A DNA stretch of 32,000 nt, from NCBI GenBank assembly GCA_000214015.2, contig CAID01000009.2:1-32000 (forward strand), written 5' to 3'. Under the pieces are notes generated by a model. That model was not told the DNA's origin and ran no database searches. It saw only the letters and a list, made by a program, of their open reading frames with translations. Each line of letters starts with the position of its first letter. Position 1 is the first letter of the stretch. The DNA is from Ostreococcus tauri. Lineage: Eukaryota. This document shows positions 9,812 through 18,639 of this stretch, piece after piece. A program made the translations under genes and the position numbers.

Positions 9812-11167
9812 ATGCGCGCGACGATGCGGTCGAGCTCCATCGCGCGGGCATTCGTAGTTCTCGTGATCGCCCTCGCCGCGAAAGCGAGCGCGCGGATCAC
9901 GCACCACGTGGTGGACAAGGATGATAGGAGTTTGATATTACTGCGCGAACCTTTCGGATTCGCCAAGGGGGGGGTGATGGAGATCGAGCTGAAGGATCCA
10001 AGATTCTTCCTACCGGAGAACGCGCCACCGGCGGATAAGACAAAGTTTGGATTTTTCGTCACAGAGGGAAAAGATGAGGGCGCGCTCGACGCCGCGCTCG
10101 GCGACGGCGCGTGCGTCTTGGACGTTGATTTCGTCGACGTCTTGTTCACGTTCTCGGACATGGAGGCGCAGAAGAAACCAGGTGAGGAGCACGTTCACGC
10201 GTTCGAGCATAGACGAGAGGTCACGAAGCCCGGGGATTACATGTTGTTTTTCGCCAGCTGTGAACCGCACACAGTGGTGAGCTTTGAGGTCACGACAAAG
10301 TTTATAAATAAGGACGCGAATGGGCACAACGACTATCTGGGTCGAGGCGAAAAGGCGCTGCCGAGCGTGTATTACCTGTTCTTTCTCCTAGATGCGGGCG
10401 CGTGCGTGGCGTGGGCGTACGTCCTCGGACGCTCGGCGAACAAGCGCGGCGTGCGTAAAATTCACTGGTTGATGCTCGCGCTCGTTAGCTTCAAAACGCT
10501 CTCTGTGCTCGCGCAAGCGGGACGATATCACATTACAAGATTGACCGGGTCTTCCAAGGGGTGGACTGTGGCGTACTACATCTTCACCGTGTGTCGTTCG
10601 ATGTTGCTCTTTAGCGTCATCGCGCTCGTTGGCATGGGCTGGAGCTTCTTGAAGCCGTTTTTGCACCAGCGCGAGAAGAACTTGCTCATGGCGGTGATCC
10701 CGCTTCAAGTGATGGCTAACATAGCAAGCGTCGTCGTCGGTGAGGAGGGACCCGCCGACGAAGGCTGGTTCGCGTGGCAGAATATGTTCGTCGTCATCGA
10801 CATCGTGTGCTGCTGCGCCATCCTCGTGCCCATTGTGTGGAGCATAAAGCACTTGCGCGATTCGAACGAATCGAGTGAGAAGAAGGCGAGAAATCTGGAA
10901 AAACTCTTGCTCTTCCGACACTTCTACGTCATGACCGTGGCGTACATATATTTCACCCGCATCATCGTGTACTTGTTGTTATCGACGGTGGAGTACGAGT
11001 TCAGGTGGACGGCTGCCTTCTTCAGTGAGTTGGCGACGCTCGCGTACTACGTCGCCACCGGATACATGTTCCGCCCCGAGGAGGATAACATGTACTTCTC
11101 GCTCAAGCAAGAAGAGGACGAGGACGGGGTGGAAATGAGCGACAGGGCGCGATGGTCCGAGGTATGA
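9812..11167 (+). CDS. Lung seven-transmembrane receptor family protein (GPR107/GPR108/TMEM87-like)
   Basis: The ATG at 9812 is followed by a signal-peptide-like MRATMRSSSIARAFVVLVIALAAKASA and a luminal domain. Seven hydrophobic segments and an acidic tail follow. The region around YLGRGEKALPSVYYLFFLLDAGACVAWAY resembles the family signature. A TGTAA sits 35 nt past the stop (11201..11205). Confidence 0.8.
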   Translation: MRATMRSSSIARAFVVLVIALAAKASARITHHVVDKDDRSLILLREPFGFAKGGVMEIELKDPRFFLPENAPPADKTKFGFFVTEGKDEGALDAALGDGACVLDVDFVDVLFTFSDMEAQKKPGEEHVHAFEHRREVTKPGDYMLFFASCEPHTVVSFEVTTKFINKDANGHNDYLGRGEKALPSVYYLFFLLDAGACVAWAYVLGRSANKRGVRKIHWLMLALVSFKTLSVLAQAGRYHITRLTGSSKGWTVAYYIFTVCRSMLLFSVIALVGMGWSFLKPFLHQREKNLLMAVIPLQVMANIASVVVGEEGPADEGWFAWQNMFVVIDIVCCCAILVPIVWSIKHLRDSNESSEKKARNLEKLLLFRHFYVMTVAYIYFTRIIVYLLLSTVEYEFRWTAAFFSELATLAYYVATGYMFRPEEDNMYFSLKQEEDEDGVEMSDRARWSEV

Positions 11168-11254
11168 AGCGCCGCAATCGCGTGAACTGCGACGAATCGT
11201 TGTAATTTGTCTAAGCTTGATTTTACACATCCGACGCCGTCCCCCTACGCTCGC

Positions 11255-11698
11255 TCACTCGAATTTCCGCACGTTCGACATCTCATCTAACATTTGTTGA
11301 ATCATCTCCTCCGTGAGTCCTCGATCGTCGCTCTCGAGACTCGGCACGAGCGTCTTCGCCTCGTCCCAGTCCTGCGGGCGTAGGTTCGAGATCGCGGCCC
11401 CCTCAAAGTCGTGTAATCCTAGGTTGGCGTGGAGCTCGCGGATCGCCGCCGCCGCGGTCCCGCTCGTGTTCCCGCTGAACCTCTGCGCGTATGCGAGCGT
11501 CTTCTCGAACACTCTCGTGCGCGTCGTCGACGTTTCCTCAGCTTGCTCGGCGTCATCCCCGAGCTTGGATTCCAGGACGATCTTCACCTCGCTCAGCGAC
11601 AAGCAGTTGGCGTCGTCGAAATCAGCGCCGAGCCTGAGCTCACTCGCGTCTTCATCCTCGACCGCGGACTTACGACCGACGCACGCCGCGGCGGACAT
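11255..11698 (-). CDS. RPB4: DNA-directed RNA polymerase II subunit RPB4
   Basis: The 147-aa ORF starts at an ATG. VFEKTLAYAQRFS...LHDFEGAAISNLRPQDWDEAKTLVPSL...EEMIQQMLDEM aligns closely with human/yeast RPB4 as I recall it. Confidence 0.85.
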   Translation of the reverse strand: MSAAACVGRKSAVEDEDASELRLGADFDDANCLSLSEVKIVLESKLGDDAEQAEETSTTRTRVFEKTLAYAQRFSGNTSGTAAAAIRELHANLGLHDFEGAAISNLRPQDWDEAKTLVPSLESDDRGLTEEMIQQMLDEMSNVRKFE

Positions 11699-11857
11699 CG
11701 CGCGTTGTGTTATGCGGCGCGCGCCGCGCGCGGTTCGCTGAGACCTAGGACGCGCGGACGCGGACGCGTCGACGGCGATCCGCGTCGCCGTCGTGGATCC
11801 ACGGAACGCGGCGAGTTACATTACACGGTTGAACATCGTCCATTGAATCGAACGCTA

Positions 11858-12208
11858 TCAGTACAAATCTTTCGCGGCGTGGCGCATCCCTTTGCGCATC
11901 TTCTTCCTATCGACGCTCGTCGCCGAGCGCTCCGCGTGCGCGAGCGCCTTGGTGCGCGCCAGCTTCTTCCTCTTCGCTATCGCTCGTCGCACGTTCGGCG
12001 TCTTCGTCCGCGTCTCCGTCGTCATCGCCGTCGTCGTCACCGCGTCCCCCGTCCCAGGCGTCGACGTCGAGGTCGTCCACGTCGCCGCCGCGACGCCCTC
12101 GCCGACGCCCTCGCTCGGCGCCCCCGCCGTGGGCATCGCCACGTCCGCGCCCGAGCTCGACGCCCTGAGCGCTCGAAGTCGCGCGCGTCGTCGCGTGCCC
12201 TTGGCCAT
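11858..12208 (-). CDS. Small basic orphan protein (116 aa), Lys/Arg-rich C-terminus
   Basis: The ATG at 12208 (MAKGTRRRARL...) runs to a TGA at 11858. The C-terminus RRAIAKRKKLARTKALAHAERSATSVDRKKMRKGMRHAAKDLY looks like a genuine nucleolar or ribosome-biogenesis-type tail. The overlapping + frame (11892..) shares the same third-codon position, so GC3 cannot discriminate. The choice rests on residue composition and ATG availability only. Confidence 0.4.
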   Translation of the reverse strand: MAKGTRRRARLRALRASSSGADVAMPTAGAPSEGVGEGVAAATWTTSTSTPGTGDAVTTTAMTTETRTKTPNVRRAIAKRKKLARTKALAHAERSATSVDRKKMRKGMRHAAKDLY

Positions 12209-12317
12209 CGGGTCGCGCGAGGTCGAGCGCCGGGGAGTGGCGAGGCGACGCGCGCGGGTGCACCGTCGCGCGCGCGTGGTGCGCCCGCACGCGTCGACGC
12301 CGTCGTTCGCGCGGGCG

Positions 12318-13028
12318 ATGCGGCGCGCGGTGACGCGGGTGCGAGAGACGGCGTCGACGTCGACCTCGGTCGCCGCGTCGAGCGCGCTCGGGGCGTGGCG
12401 TCGAGCGTTCGCGAGCGACGATGAGCGGTCGCGACACGAGGCGATGATGGGGATGGAGGACGCGTACGGCTCCGGCGTCACCGCGCAGAGCGAAGTGGAG
12501 TCACCGGAAGAGAAGAAACGACGAATGGCGGAGGAACTGGAGCGAAGAGGCGTGCTCGTGGGCGACCGAGTGCGAGTGGAGGTGCGCGTGGGAGCGCCGC
12601 TTCCGGAACAGTGGCGACACACGTCGACGGAGCGTCAGGACGACGGAACGACGTCGAGCGCGCGGCAATCGACCGACGCTTCGGTTCGTTCGGATCAACG
12701 CCGCAGCTCTGACGATGATCCATCGTCGAAAGTACCGGCGAAGAAGCGTTGGTTGACTCGCGTCGTGTTCGGTTACGCGACGCTCACGCGAAACGGGCGA
12801 GTGGGAGTAAAGAGGACGGGGAGCGCGGACACCGACACGTCGTTTCCGACGTATCCCAAACGGTGGGTCACCGTTCTTGACGTCGGAGAGTTGTGGGAGA
12901 TGTGCACGGGACCGAGGAATCCCTCGGGCGTGAGCGGCGCGAGCGACCAGGACATGTACGAGTACATGAAAGCGACGGGTGCGAACCCAGAGAATGTGAG
13001 CTCTCAGGATATTAGCGCGTCGAGATAG
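12318..13028 (+). CDS. Orphan protein (about 236 aa) with a presequence-like N-terminus
   Basis: This is the 3' two-thirds of track ORF 11892..13028. The ATG at 12318 (MRRAVTRVRETASTSTS...) is the first Met compatible with the divergent neighbour. The non-repetitive C-terminal half (KRWLTRVVFGYATLTRNGRVGVKR...WVTVLDVGELWEMCTGPRNP...MYEYMKATGANPE) looks coding. I recognise no family. Confidence 0.5.
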   Translation: MRRAVTRVRETASTSTSVAASSALGAWRRAFASDDERSRHEAMMGMEDAYGSGVTAQSEVESPEEKKRRMAEELERRGVLVGDRVRVEVRVGAPLPEQWRHTSTERQDDGTTSSARQSTDASVRSDQRRSSDDDPSSKVPAKKRWLTRVVFGYATLTRNGRVGVKRTGSADTDTSFPTYPKRWVTVLDVGELWEMCTGPRNPSGVSGASDQDMYEYMKATGANPENVSSQDISASR

Positions 13029-13094
13029 GAATAGGAACGAAGTAAAAAGAGTAGAAGATGGAATCGAATAAGGTAGTCTCGTCGTCCAAAAGAG

Positions 13095-13213
13095 TGATCT
13101 AGCCCGGATTCGAGCCGGGGATGCCACGGCTCTGCGAGTGTTCAGCCTGTACGAACGACGTGAGTCGTTCTCATGTCCACAACGTGGAGTACTAACCACT
13201 ATACTACTAGATC
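13095..13213 (-). tRNA. trnH-GUG: tRNA-His (anticodon GTG) with a 47-nt intron at the canonical 37/38 position
   Basis: The cloverleaf was folded by hand. The acceptor is GATCTAG/CTAGATC (7 bp). The D-arm is GTAT-AGTGGTTA-GTAC (A box). The anticodon stem is CCACG/CGTGG with loop TTGTGG-[intron]-C. The variable loop is CATC and the T-arm is CCCGG-CTCGAAT-CCGGG (B box). The discriminator is A, and a TTTT run lies 3 nt downstream. The mature length is 72 nt. No encoded G-1, as expected for eukaryotes. Confidence 0.85.
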
Positions 13214-13390
13214 TGGCATTTTACGGCCTTTGAAGCGCTTCATCAGGCTTTTAGGACCAATATACGCGTTGACACCGAAAGGCGACCGACGAATTCTCCA
13301 GAATTGGTCTCGAAAACATTACGGGTGTATTTTCTCAGTCGCGCACGCCAACTGTTTTCGCACCCGAGGACGCACAATTCTTCGACAACG

Positions 13391-14552
13391 ATGACGAACA
13401 AGCACTCGTCGTCAGCGCCGACGTCGATGACGGTCGCCAAGGCTCGCCCGCGCGCTGGTGAACCCCGTCGTATTCTCGTCACCGGCGGTGCCGGGTTCGT
13501 CGGCTCGCACCTCGTCGACGCCCTCATCGCTCGAGGAGACCACGTCATGGTGATGGACAACTTTTTCACGGGTGCGCACCGGAATCTCGAGCACTTGTCA
13601 CAGAACGACGGACTGGTGAGAAGTGGGAGATTCGAAATCATTCGACACGACGTCGTGCAGCCGTTTCTTGTCGAGGTGGATGAGGTCTATCACCTCGCGT
13701 GCCCGGCGTCGCCGATTCACTACAAGTTCAACCCAGTGAAAACGATCAAGACGAACGTGATCGGAACCCTCAATGCGTTGGGACTGGCCAAGAGGTACGC
13801 AAGTCAATTATGTTTTTCTAGGACATAATCGTTACGTTGCGAAGCTTGCGAAAACGCGACATTTTACTGAACACTTCTCCTCCTTTCCCGCTCGTCGCAG
13901 GTGCAAGGCGAAATTCCTACTGACGTCGACGTCAGAGGTGTACGGCGACCCACTCGAGCACCCGCAAAAGGAATCGTACTGGGGAAACGTTAATCCGATC
14001 GGTGAGCGCGCGTGTTATGACGAGGGAAAGCGATGTGCCGAGACACTCGCGTTTGACTATCATCGCGAACACGGCTTGGACATTCGCGTGGCGCGAATTT
14101 TCAACACGTACGGACCGCGAATGGCCATGGACGACGGGCGCGTGGTGTCGAATTTCGTCGCTCAGGCGCTCCGAGGAGATAAGCTCACCGTCTACGGCGA
14201 CGGTTCGCAGACGCGCTCGTTTCAGTACGTCTCTGATCTGGTCGCCGGACTCATCGCGCTCATGGACAACGAAGACGGCTTCATCGGACCCGTCAACTTG
14301 GGGAATCCCGGCGAGTTCACCATGAACGAGCTGGCAGAAAAGGTACGCGAGATCGTGAATCCCGCGGCAGAGATCGAGTACTGCGAAAACACCGCTGATG
14401 ATCCCAGTCGAAGGAAGCCCGATATTTCCGTCGCGCGAGAAAAGTTGCGCTGGGAACCCAAGGTCACGCTGGACGAGGGATTGCGCTTGATGGTAGATGA
14501 CTTTCGTGCGCGAGTGGAGGCGTGTGCGAAGCGCGCGAAAACGACGCGATGA
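13391..14552 (+). CDS. UXS: UDP-glucuronate decarboxylase (UDP-xylose synthase), cytosolic type; join(13391..13794, 13901..14552)
   Basis: Two track ORFs (13304..13828 and 13773..14552) carry the two halves of UXS. These are [14 protein letters not shown]...[22 protein letters not shown] and [19 protein letters not shown]...YDEGKR...[10 protein letters not shown]. Splicing AAGAG|GTACGC to cgcag|G gives [21 protein letters not shown], in frame (phase 2). The first ATG is 13391, and there is no TM anchor. Confidence 0.9.
13795..13900 (+). other. Intron (106 nt) in UXS
   Basis: The donor is GTACGC. A TACTGAA branch-like motif lies at 13865..13871. The pyrimidine tract CTCCTCCTTTCCCGCTCGTCGCAG ends at 13900. 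Confidence 0.85.
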
Positions 14553-14679
14553 GAAGGAGAGACCGCGCGTGCGTGTTCAATCGTTGTTCAATCGTCTTGG
14601 CGTGTATATTGAAATACGCGTTTGCTTAGTAGTGCGCCGTAGTCGCCCTCGACTCTTGTCGCAAAAAGAATAGTAGCGC

Positions 14680-15728
14680 TTAGATCGCCTTGAAGTATTC
14701 CTTCGAGCCCTTCGGATCCGGCTTCATCGTCGCCGCACCCGGGGTCCAGCCCGCCGGGCACACCTCGTCTGGGTTGTTTTGAACGTATTGGATCGCTTGA
14801 AGCACGCGCAGGCACTCGTCGACGTTGCGGCCGAACGGAGCGTTGTTGCATGTGTAGTGCTGGATGACGCCCTCACGATCGATGATGTACAACCCACGGA
14901 GCGCGGTGCCGTCTTCGTACAACACATCGTACGATTCGCAGATTTCGCGCTTGAGGTCACTGACGAGCGGGTAGGCCAAGTCGCCGAGGCCGCCGTCGTT
15001 GCGGTCGGTTTGCAACCACGCCAAGTGAGAGAACTTGGAGTCAACGCTCACGCCGAGGACTTCGGTGTTGAGCTTCGCGAACTCTTCGTAGCGATCGGAG
15101 AAGGCGGTGATTTCCGTCGGGCACACAAAGGTAAAATCGAGCGGGTAGAAGAAGAGCACGACGTACTTGCCGCGGTAATCCGAGAGCTTGATGTCTTGGA
15201 ACTCTTGATCGAACACCGCCTCGGCGCTAAACTCCGGCGCCGGGTAGCCCACGAGCGGCTTGCGCGCTTCCTACGACGATGAGAAAAGCCGAGCGATACG
15301 ACGTCAGTCTTTTGCGCCTCATGAACCGCGCATCGTCCGCGGTCTCGAGTGTAGATATCGCGAGAGACGTCCTCGCGGCGGCTCTCAGCCACTCGTCGCC
15401 GTTCGCGCGTTTCAACGGACTCACCACGCGGACGGCGGATCGGGAGAAGTTCTTCCCCTTAACGCTGCGTGTGAGAAAAGAGCCACGGTCAGCATATCGT
15501 TCGCCGCGCGTCCGCGTCGACCTCTTCGTCCCGTCCCGGCGTCGTTCGAGACGTCATCGATCGACGACGGAAGAACCATCGCGTTCGAGAACTCGAGGCT
15601 CGTTCGTTCGCCCGATCGCGCGCGCGTCCTGGACCCGCGCGACGCCGCGTCGCTCGTCTCGCGCACCTCTTCTGGAGCGCCGACGCCCTGGGCGTGAACG
15701 CGCTCTTGGACAAACTCGCGGACAACAT
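14680..15728 (-). CDS. 2-Cys peroxiredoxin, plastid-targeted; three exons: join(15728..15667, 15464..15425, 15270..14680)
   Basis: The main exon has [15 protein letters not shown] (peroxidatic Cys) and VCPAGW (resolving Cys). The track ORF begins at GTG, with an in-frame TAG 6 codons upstream, so 5' exons are required. In my model exon 1 is [20 protein letters not shown] plus AG, with donor AG|GTGCGC. A 40-nt exon 2 encodes (S)[13 protein letters not shown] between acceptor ttttctcacacgcag| and donor GTG|GTGAGT. Exon 3 starts at tag|GAAGCG ([14 protein letters not shown]). The result is a 230-aa protein with a typical Ser/Ala/Arg-rich transit peptide. Confidence 0.75.
15271..15424 (-). other. 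Intron 2 (154 nt) of the 2-Cys peroxiredoxin
   Basis: The donor is GTGAGT (15424 downward). ACTGAC lies at 15308..15303, and the acceptor TAG ends at 15271. Phase 0. Confidence 0.65.
15465..15666 (-). other. Intron 1 (202 nt) of the 2-Cys peroxiredoxin
   Basis: The donor is AG|GTGCGC (15666 downward). CTGAC lies at 15492..15488. The tract CTCTTTTCTCACACGCAG ends at 15465. Phase 2 matches the 1+39-nt microexon. Confidence 0.6.
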
Positions 15729-16019
15729 CGTCGACGATCGTCGCAGTGCGGTCGCGCGGCGCGGTCGACGCGGGTGACGTCATGGTGTCCACAACCCTAG
15801 ATTTTTTATCCACGTCGCGCGCATCCAATTCCCTCTCGAGCACGCATCGTACGTATTTTCACCTCGCCACGGCGCCCCCGAGACCGGACCCGATCACTCG
15901 TCGTTCGGCGCCCGTTCGATCTTGGTTCGGCGCATCGCTGGAATGCTCGAGATTTTTCTTCCCTCGAGACGTGACGAAATACGGCGAACACTCGCGCATC
16001 GATCGACGTCGCGAGGGGA

Positions 16020-16029
16020 AGGGTTTAGG
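16020..16029 (+). promoter_or_regulatory. Telomere-like 10-mer AGGGTTTAGG in the peroxiredoxin/TPI bidirectional promoter
   Basis: This is an exact 10-nt permutation of (TTTAGGG)n, about 80 bp upstream of the TPI ATG and about 290 bp upstream of the peroxiredoxin ATG. About 0.06 such matches are expected by chance in the window (rough estimate). Confidence 0.3.
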
Positions 16030-16102
16030 TGATGTGTTGGGTGTCCGATTCGAACCCCGGATGACCCCTCGCCCGGGCGTCGCGCGCGGGACGGCGAGAG
16101 CG

Positions 16103-17326
16103 ATGGCGACGACTGAATCCGCAGTGCGCGGAGGGACCATGGGCGTCGCGCGGTGCGCCGCGGTGCGCGCGAGCGTCGCACGAACGACGGTGTCGAGGCG
16201 CGAGGGGCGATCGAGCGCGCAGGTGCGAAAAACGGCGACGACGAGACGACGGATGGTGACCTCGACCGATGGGTCGAGCGGGCGAGACGGCGCCGACGAG
16301 GACGACGACGACGACGACGCGGGAGAGGGATGCGACGCGCGGTGGACGCGAACGCGCGCGCGCGATCGATCGCGTCGTCCACGGCGTTGACGGCGCGCGA
16401 TCGAGCGCGATCGAGGTCGGGATGGGGGCGAGAGTTTGGACCCCTCGCCCGATCGGGCGCTCTGGGTGGTTTGGATAACGCGCGCGAAGGAGAGACTGAC
16501 GAGAACGTTTACATCGACGCAGGCGCCGGCGGTGCGACGACGATGCGTCGCAGTGAACGCTGGGACGGGTAAGTTCATCGTCGGTGGGAACTGGAAGTGT
16601 AACGGCACCGCGGCCTCGGTCAAGGACCTCGTCAAGGCGCTCAACGCGGGAAAAATTGACGCGGATGTCGACGTCTACGTCGCGCCGCCGTTCGTGTTCA
16701 TTCCGCGCGTGCAGGCGGAACTCAACAGTGAGAAGTACGCCATCGCCGCGCAGAATTGCTGGGTTTCCGAGGGTGGTGCGTTTACTGGAGAGGTGAGCGC
16801 CGAAATGCTCGTCGACGCCAACATCCCTTGGGTGATTTTGGGGCACAGCGAACGTCGCGCGTTGTGCGGCGAAACGAGTGAGTTTGTCGGCGAGAAGGTT
16901 AAGTACGCCCTGAGCAAGGGTTTGAAGGTTGCTCTATGCATTGGTGAAACGTTGGATCAGCGGGAGTCCGGGAAGACCATGGACGTGTGCTACGCGCAGC
17001 TCAAGGCTGTGAACGACGTCATCACTGCGGCGGACTGGGACAACGTCGTCATCGCGTACGAGCCCGTCTGGGCCATCGGTACGGGCAAGGTAGCGACGCC
17101 AGATCAGGCGCAAGACGTACATGCGGGCATTCGTAAGTGGTGCGCGTCCAATATCTCCCCGGAAGTCGCGTCTAAGATTCGTATTCAATACGGAGGTAGC
17201 GTGAACGCGTCGAACTGCGACGAGTTGGCGACGAAGGAGGACATCGACGGATTCCTCGTCGGTGGCGCTTCGCTCATCGGCGACGCATTCGTCACGATTT
17301 GCAACAGCGCGAAGAACTCCAAGTGA
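16103..17326 (+). CDS. TPI: Triosephosphate isomerase, plastid-targeted; join(16103..16222, 16523..17326)
   Basis: Exon 2 has [24 protein letters not shown] and IQYGGSV. The track ORF starts at TTG with no ATG. Exon 1 ([40 protein letters not shown]) ends at donor CAG|GTGCGA in phase 0. The acceptor catcgacgcag|GCG gives ...[29 protein letters not shown], about 307 aa in total. An upstream alternative ATG ([15 protein letters not shown]...) is possible. An alternative donor ATG|GTGACC at about 16253 cannot be excluded. Confidence 0.8.
16223..16522 (+). other. Intron (300 nt) between the TPI transit-peptide exon and the catalytic exon
   Basis: The donor is GTGCGA. ACTGAC lies at 16495..16500, 23 nt before the acceptor AG at 16521..16522. 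The intron contains a (GAC)n run at about 16296..16318. Confidence 0.6.
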
Positions 17327-17566
17327 GAGACATCGCCGCCGATATCTCACTGATTTCTTCGCTCGTTTCTCTCCGAGAGCGAACGAGCGATTCCCTCACG
17401 AGTTGACTCGCCGCACAAGCAGCCCACAGGTATACACCATCGATAGCTATCATATTTGTCCGAAGATTTCGCATGTAATCGCATCTAAGGACATGTGAAA
17501 CAAATTTAAAAACAGACAACTCGCACTACACGGAAAGAATGGGATCTGGTCGATGTGTCACTAATT

Positions 17567-18451
17567 TCATCTATAGTACGCCATGTGGCGCGTCTGGAAG
17601 TGGCTCGCCGCGTCCACCTTTGGCGGAGGATTCGCCGCGCGCTCGGCCTCGCGCACGCGTCGCTCGTCGCGATCGATGCGTAACCACTTCTCGATCGTCG
17701 ACAATAAGTGTTTCGTTCCTTGAATCTCTGGAATATCTTCCTTAGCGCCTCCGTACTTGAGCTCGCCGTTGGACGTGAACGCGAGGTGCGTCATCCAATC
17801 CGCCATGCCGTCAAAGATATGCGTCGCGTACACGATAGTCGCCCCACGCTGCTCGCATTCCTCCTTGAAGAATTTGAGCAGGTCCAGTCGGCCCAAAATG
17901 TCCAAATCGACCGTGATCTCATCGCACAGGAGCACCTTGTACGGCTTGAGGAGTCCCATGCAGATTTGCACCCGTCGTCGCTGTCCATCACTCAGCGCCT
18001 TCATGGACCAATCTAAATCAACGTCCAAAAGCTTGACCAATCGTTCTCTTCGCTCTGGATCGACCCCAGTGACGCCCTCGATCATCGCTCGCGCCGAGAT
18101 GTCTCCGCTCAGCGGCACGTCGGCTCCGGCGCTTCCAATGTTCCTTCGCCACTGCGCCCCGAGATAGCTCAGTTCGCCGTCGCACGTGAGCGCGATGTCG
18201 TGAAACGGCGGTCGTCCCAGCACCCGCACCGCGTCTTCGCTCACCATGGTTTTCCCAGCCAATACCTGCAGCGCCGTCGTTTTACCAGCCCCATTCGCAC
18301 CGCTGAGCAAGCATCTCGACCCCGGCGGCAGCGCGAGCGTCCACGCGCGCACGACCGCCTCGTGTCCCGGGTACGCGTACGTCAGCCCGTCGACTCGAAC
18401 CGAGGGTTCGGTCGCGGCGTCGCTGAGCGCGATCTCCATCGTCGCCGTCAT
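17567..18451 (-). CDS. Soluble ABC ATPase, CAF16 / plant ABCI19-21-like
   Basis: Walker A is GANGAGKTT, the signature is LSDGQRRRVQICMGLL and Walker B is VLLCDEITVDLD. ATIVYATHIFDGMADWMTHL follows, closely resembling CAF16/ABCI20 as I recall it. There is no TM domain. The preferred start is ATG 18451 (MTATMEIALSD). The ATG at 18721 would add a poly-Val tract encoded by the antisense of a (GAC)n microsatellite. Confidence 0.85.
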   Translation of the reverse strand: MTATMEIALSDAATEPSVRVDGLTYAYPGHEAVVRAWTLALPPGSRCLLSGANGAGKTTALQVLAGKTMVSEDAVRVLGRPPFHDIALTCDGELSYLGAQWRRNIGSAGADVPLSGDISARAMIEGVTGVDPERRERLVKLLDVDLDWSMKALSDGQRRRVQICMGLLKPYKVLLCDEITVDLDILGRLDLLKFFKEECEQRGATIVYATHIFDGMADWMTHLAFTSNGELKYGGAKEDIPEIQGTKHLLSTIEKWLRIDRDERRVREAERAANPPPKVDAASHFQTRHMAYYR

Positions 18452-18559
18452 CGCGCGCGCCGTCGCTCGCGTCGAACACGTGCGCGGTGGGATGACGTCG
18501 TCAAAAAAACCGTCCCCGCAGCGCGCGCGCGCGCGATCGCGTCCACCTCGATCGCGGGA

Positions 18560-18600
18560 GACGACGACGACGACGACGGCGATGATGTCATCCGCGACGA

Positions 18601-18638
<38 letters not shown>

Positions 18639-18639
18639 G
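18560..18639. repeat. (GAC)n trinucleotide microsatellite, two runs interrupted by GGCGATGATGTCATCCGC
   Basis: Direct reading shows GACGACGACGACGACGACGG at 18560..18579. A second run, GCGACGAC...GACGACGACGG, lies at 18594..18639. Shorter (GAC)n runs occur at about 640-666, 7866-7886 and 16296-16318. Confidence 0.9.

Noticed and set aside
17359-17390. A 9-bp stem hairpin (TCGCTCGTT / AACGAGCGA) 33 nt after the TPI stop. A tandem 11-mer TGTTCAATCGT x2 was also seen at 14573..14594, after the UXS stop.
   Set aside because: Stems of this length with 3-20 nt loops are expected about twice per 32 kb by chance. There is no second line of evidence for a terminator or regulatory role. They are noted only as possible 3' UTR elements.
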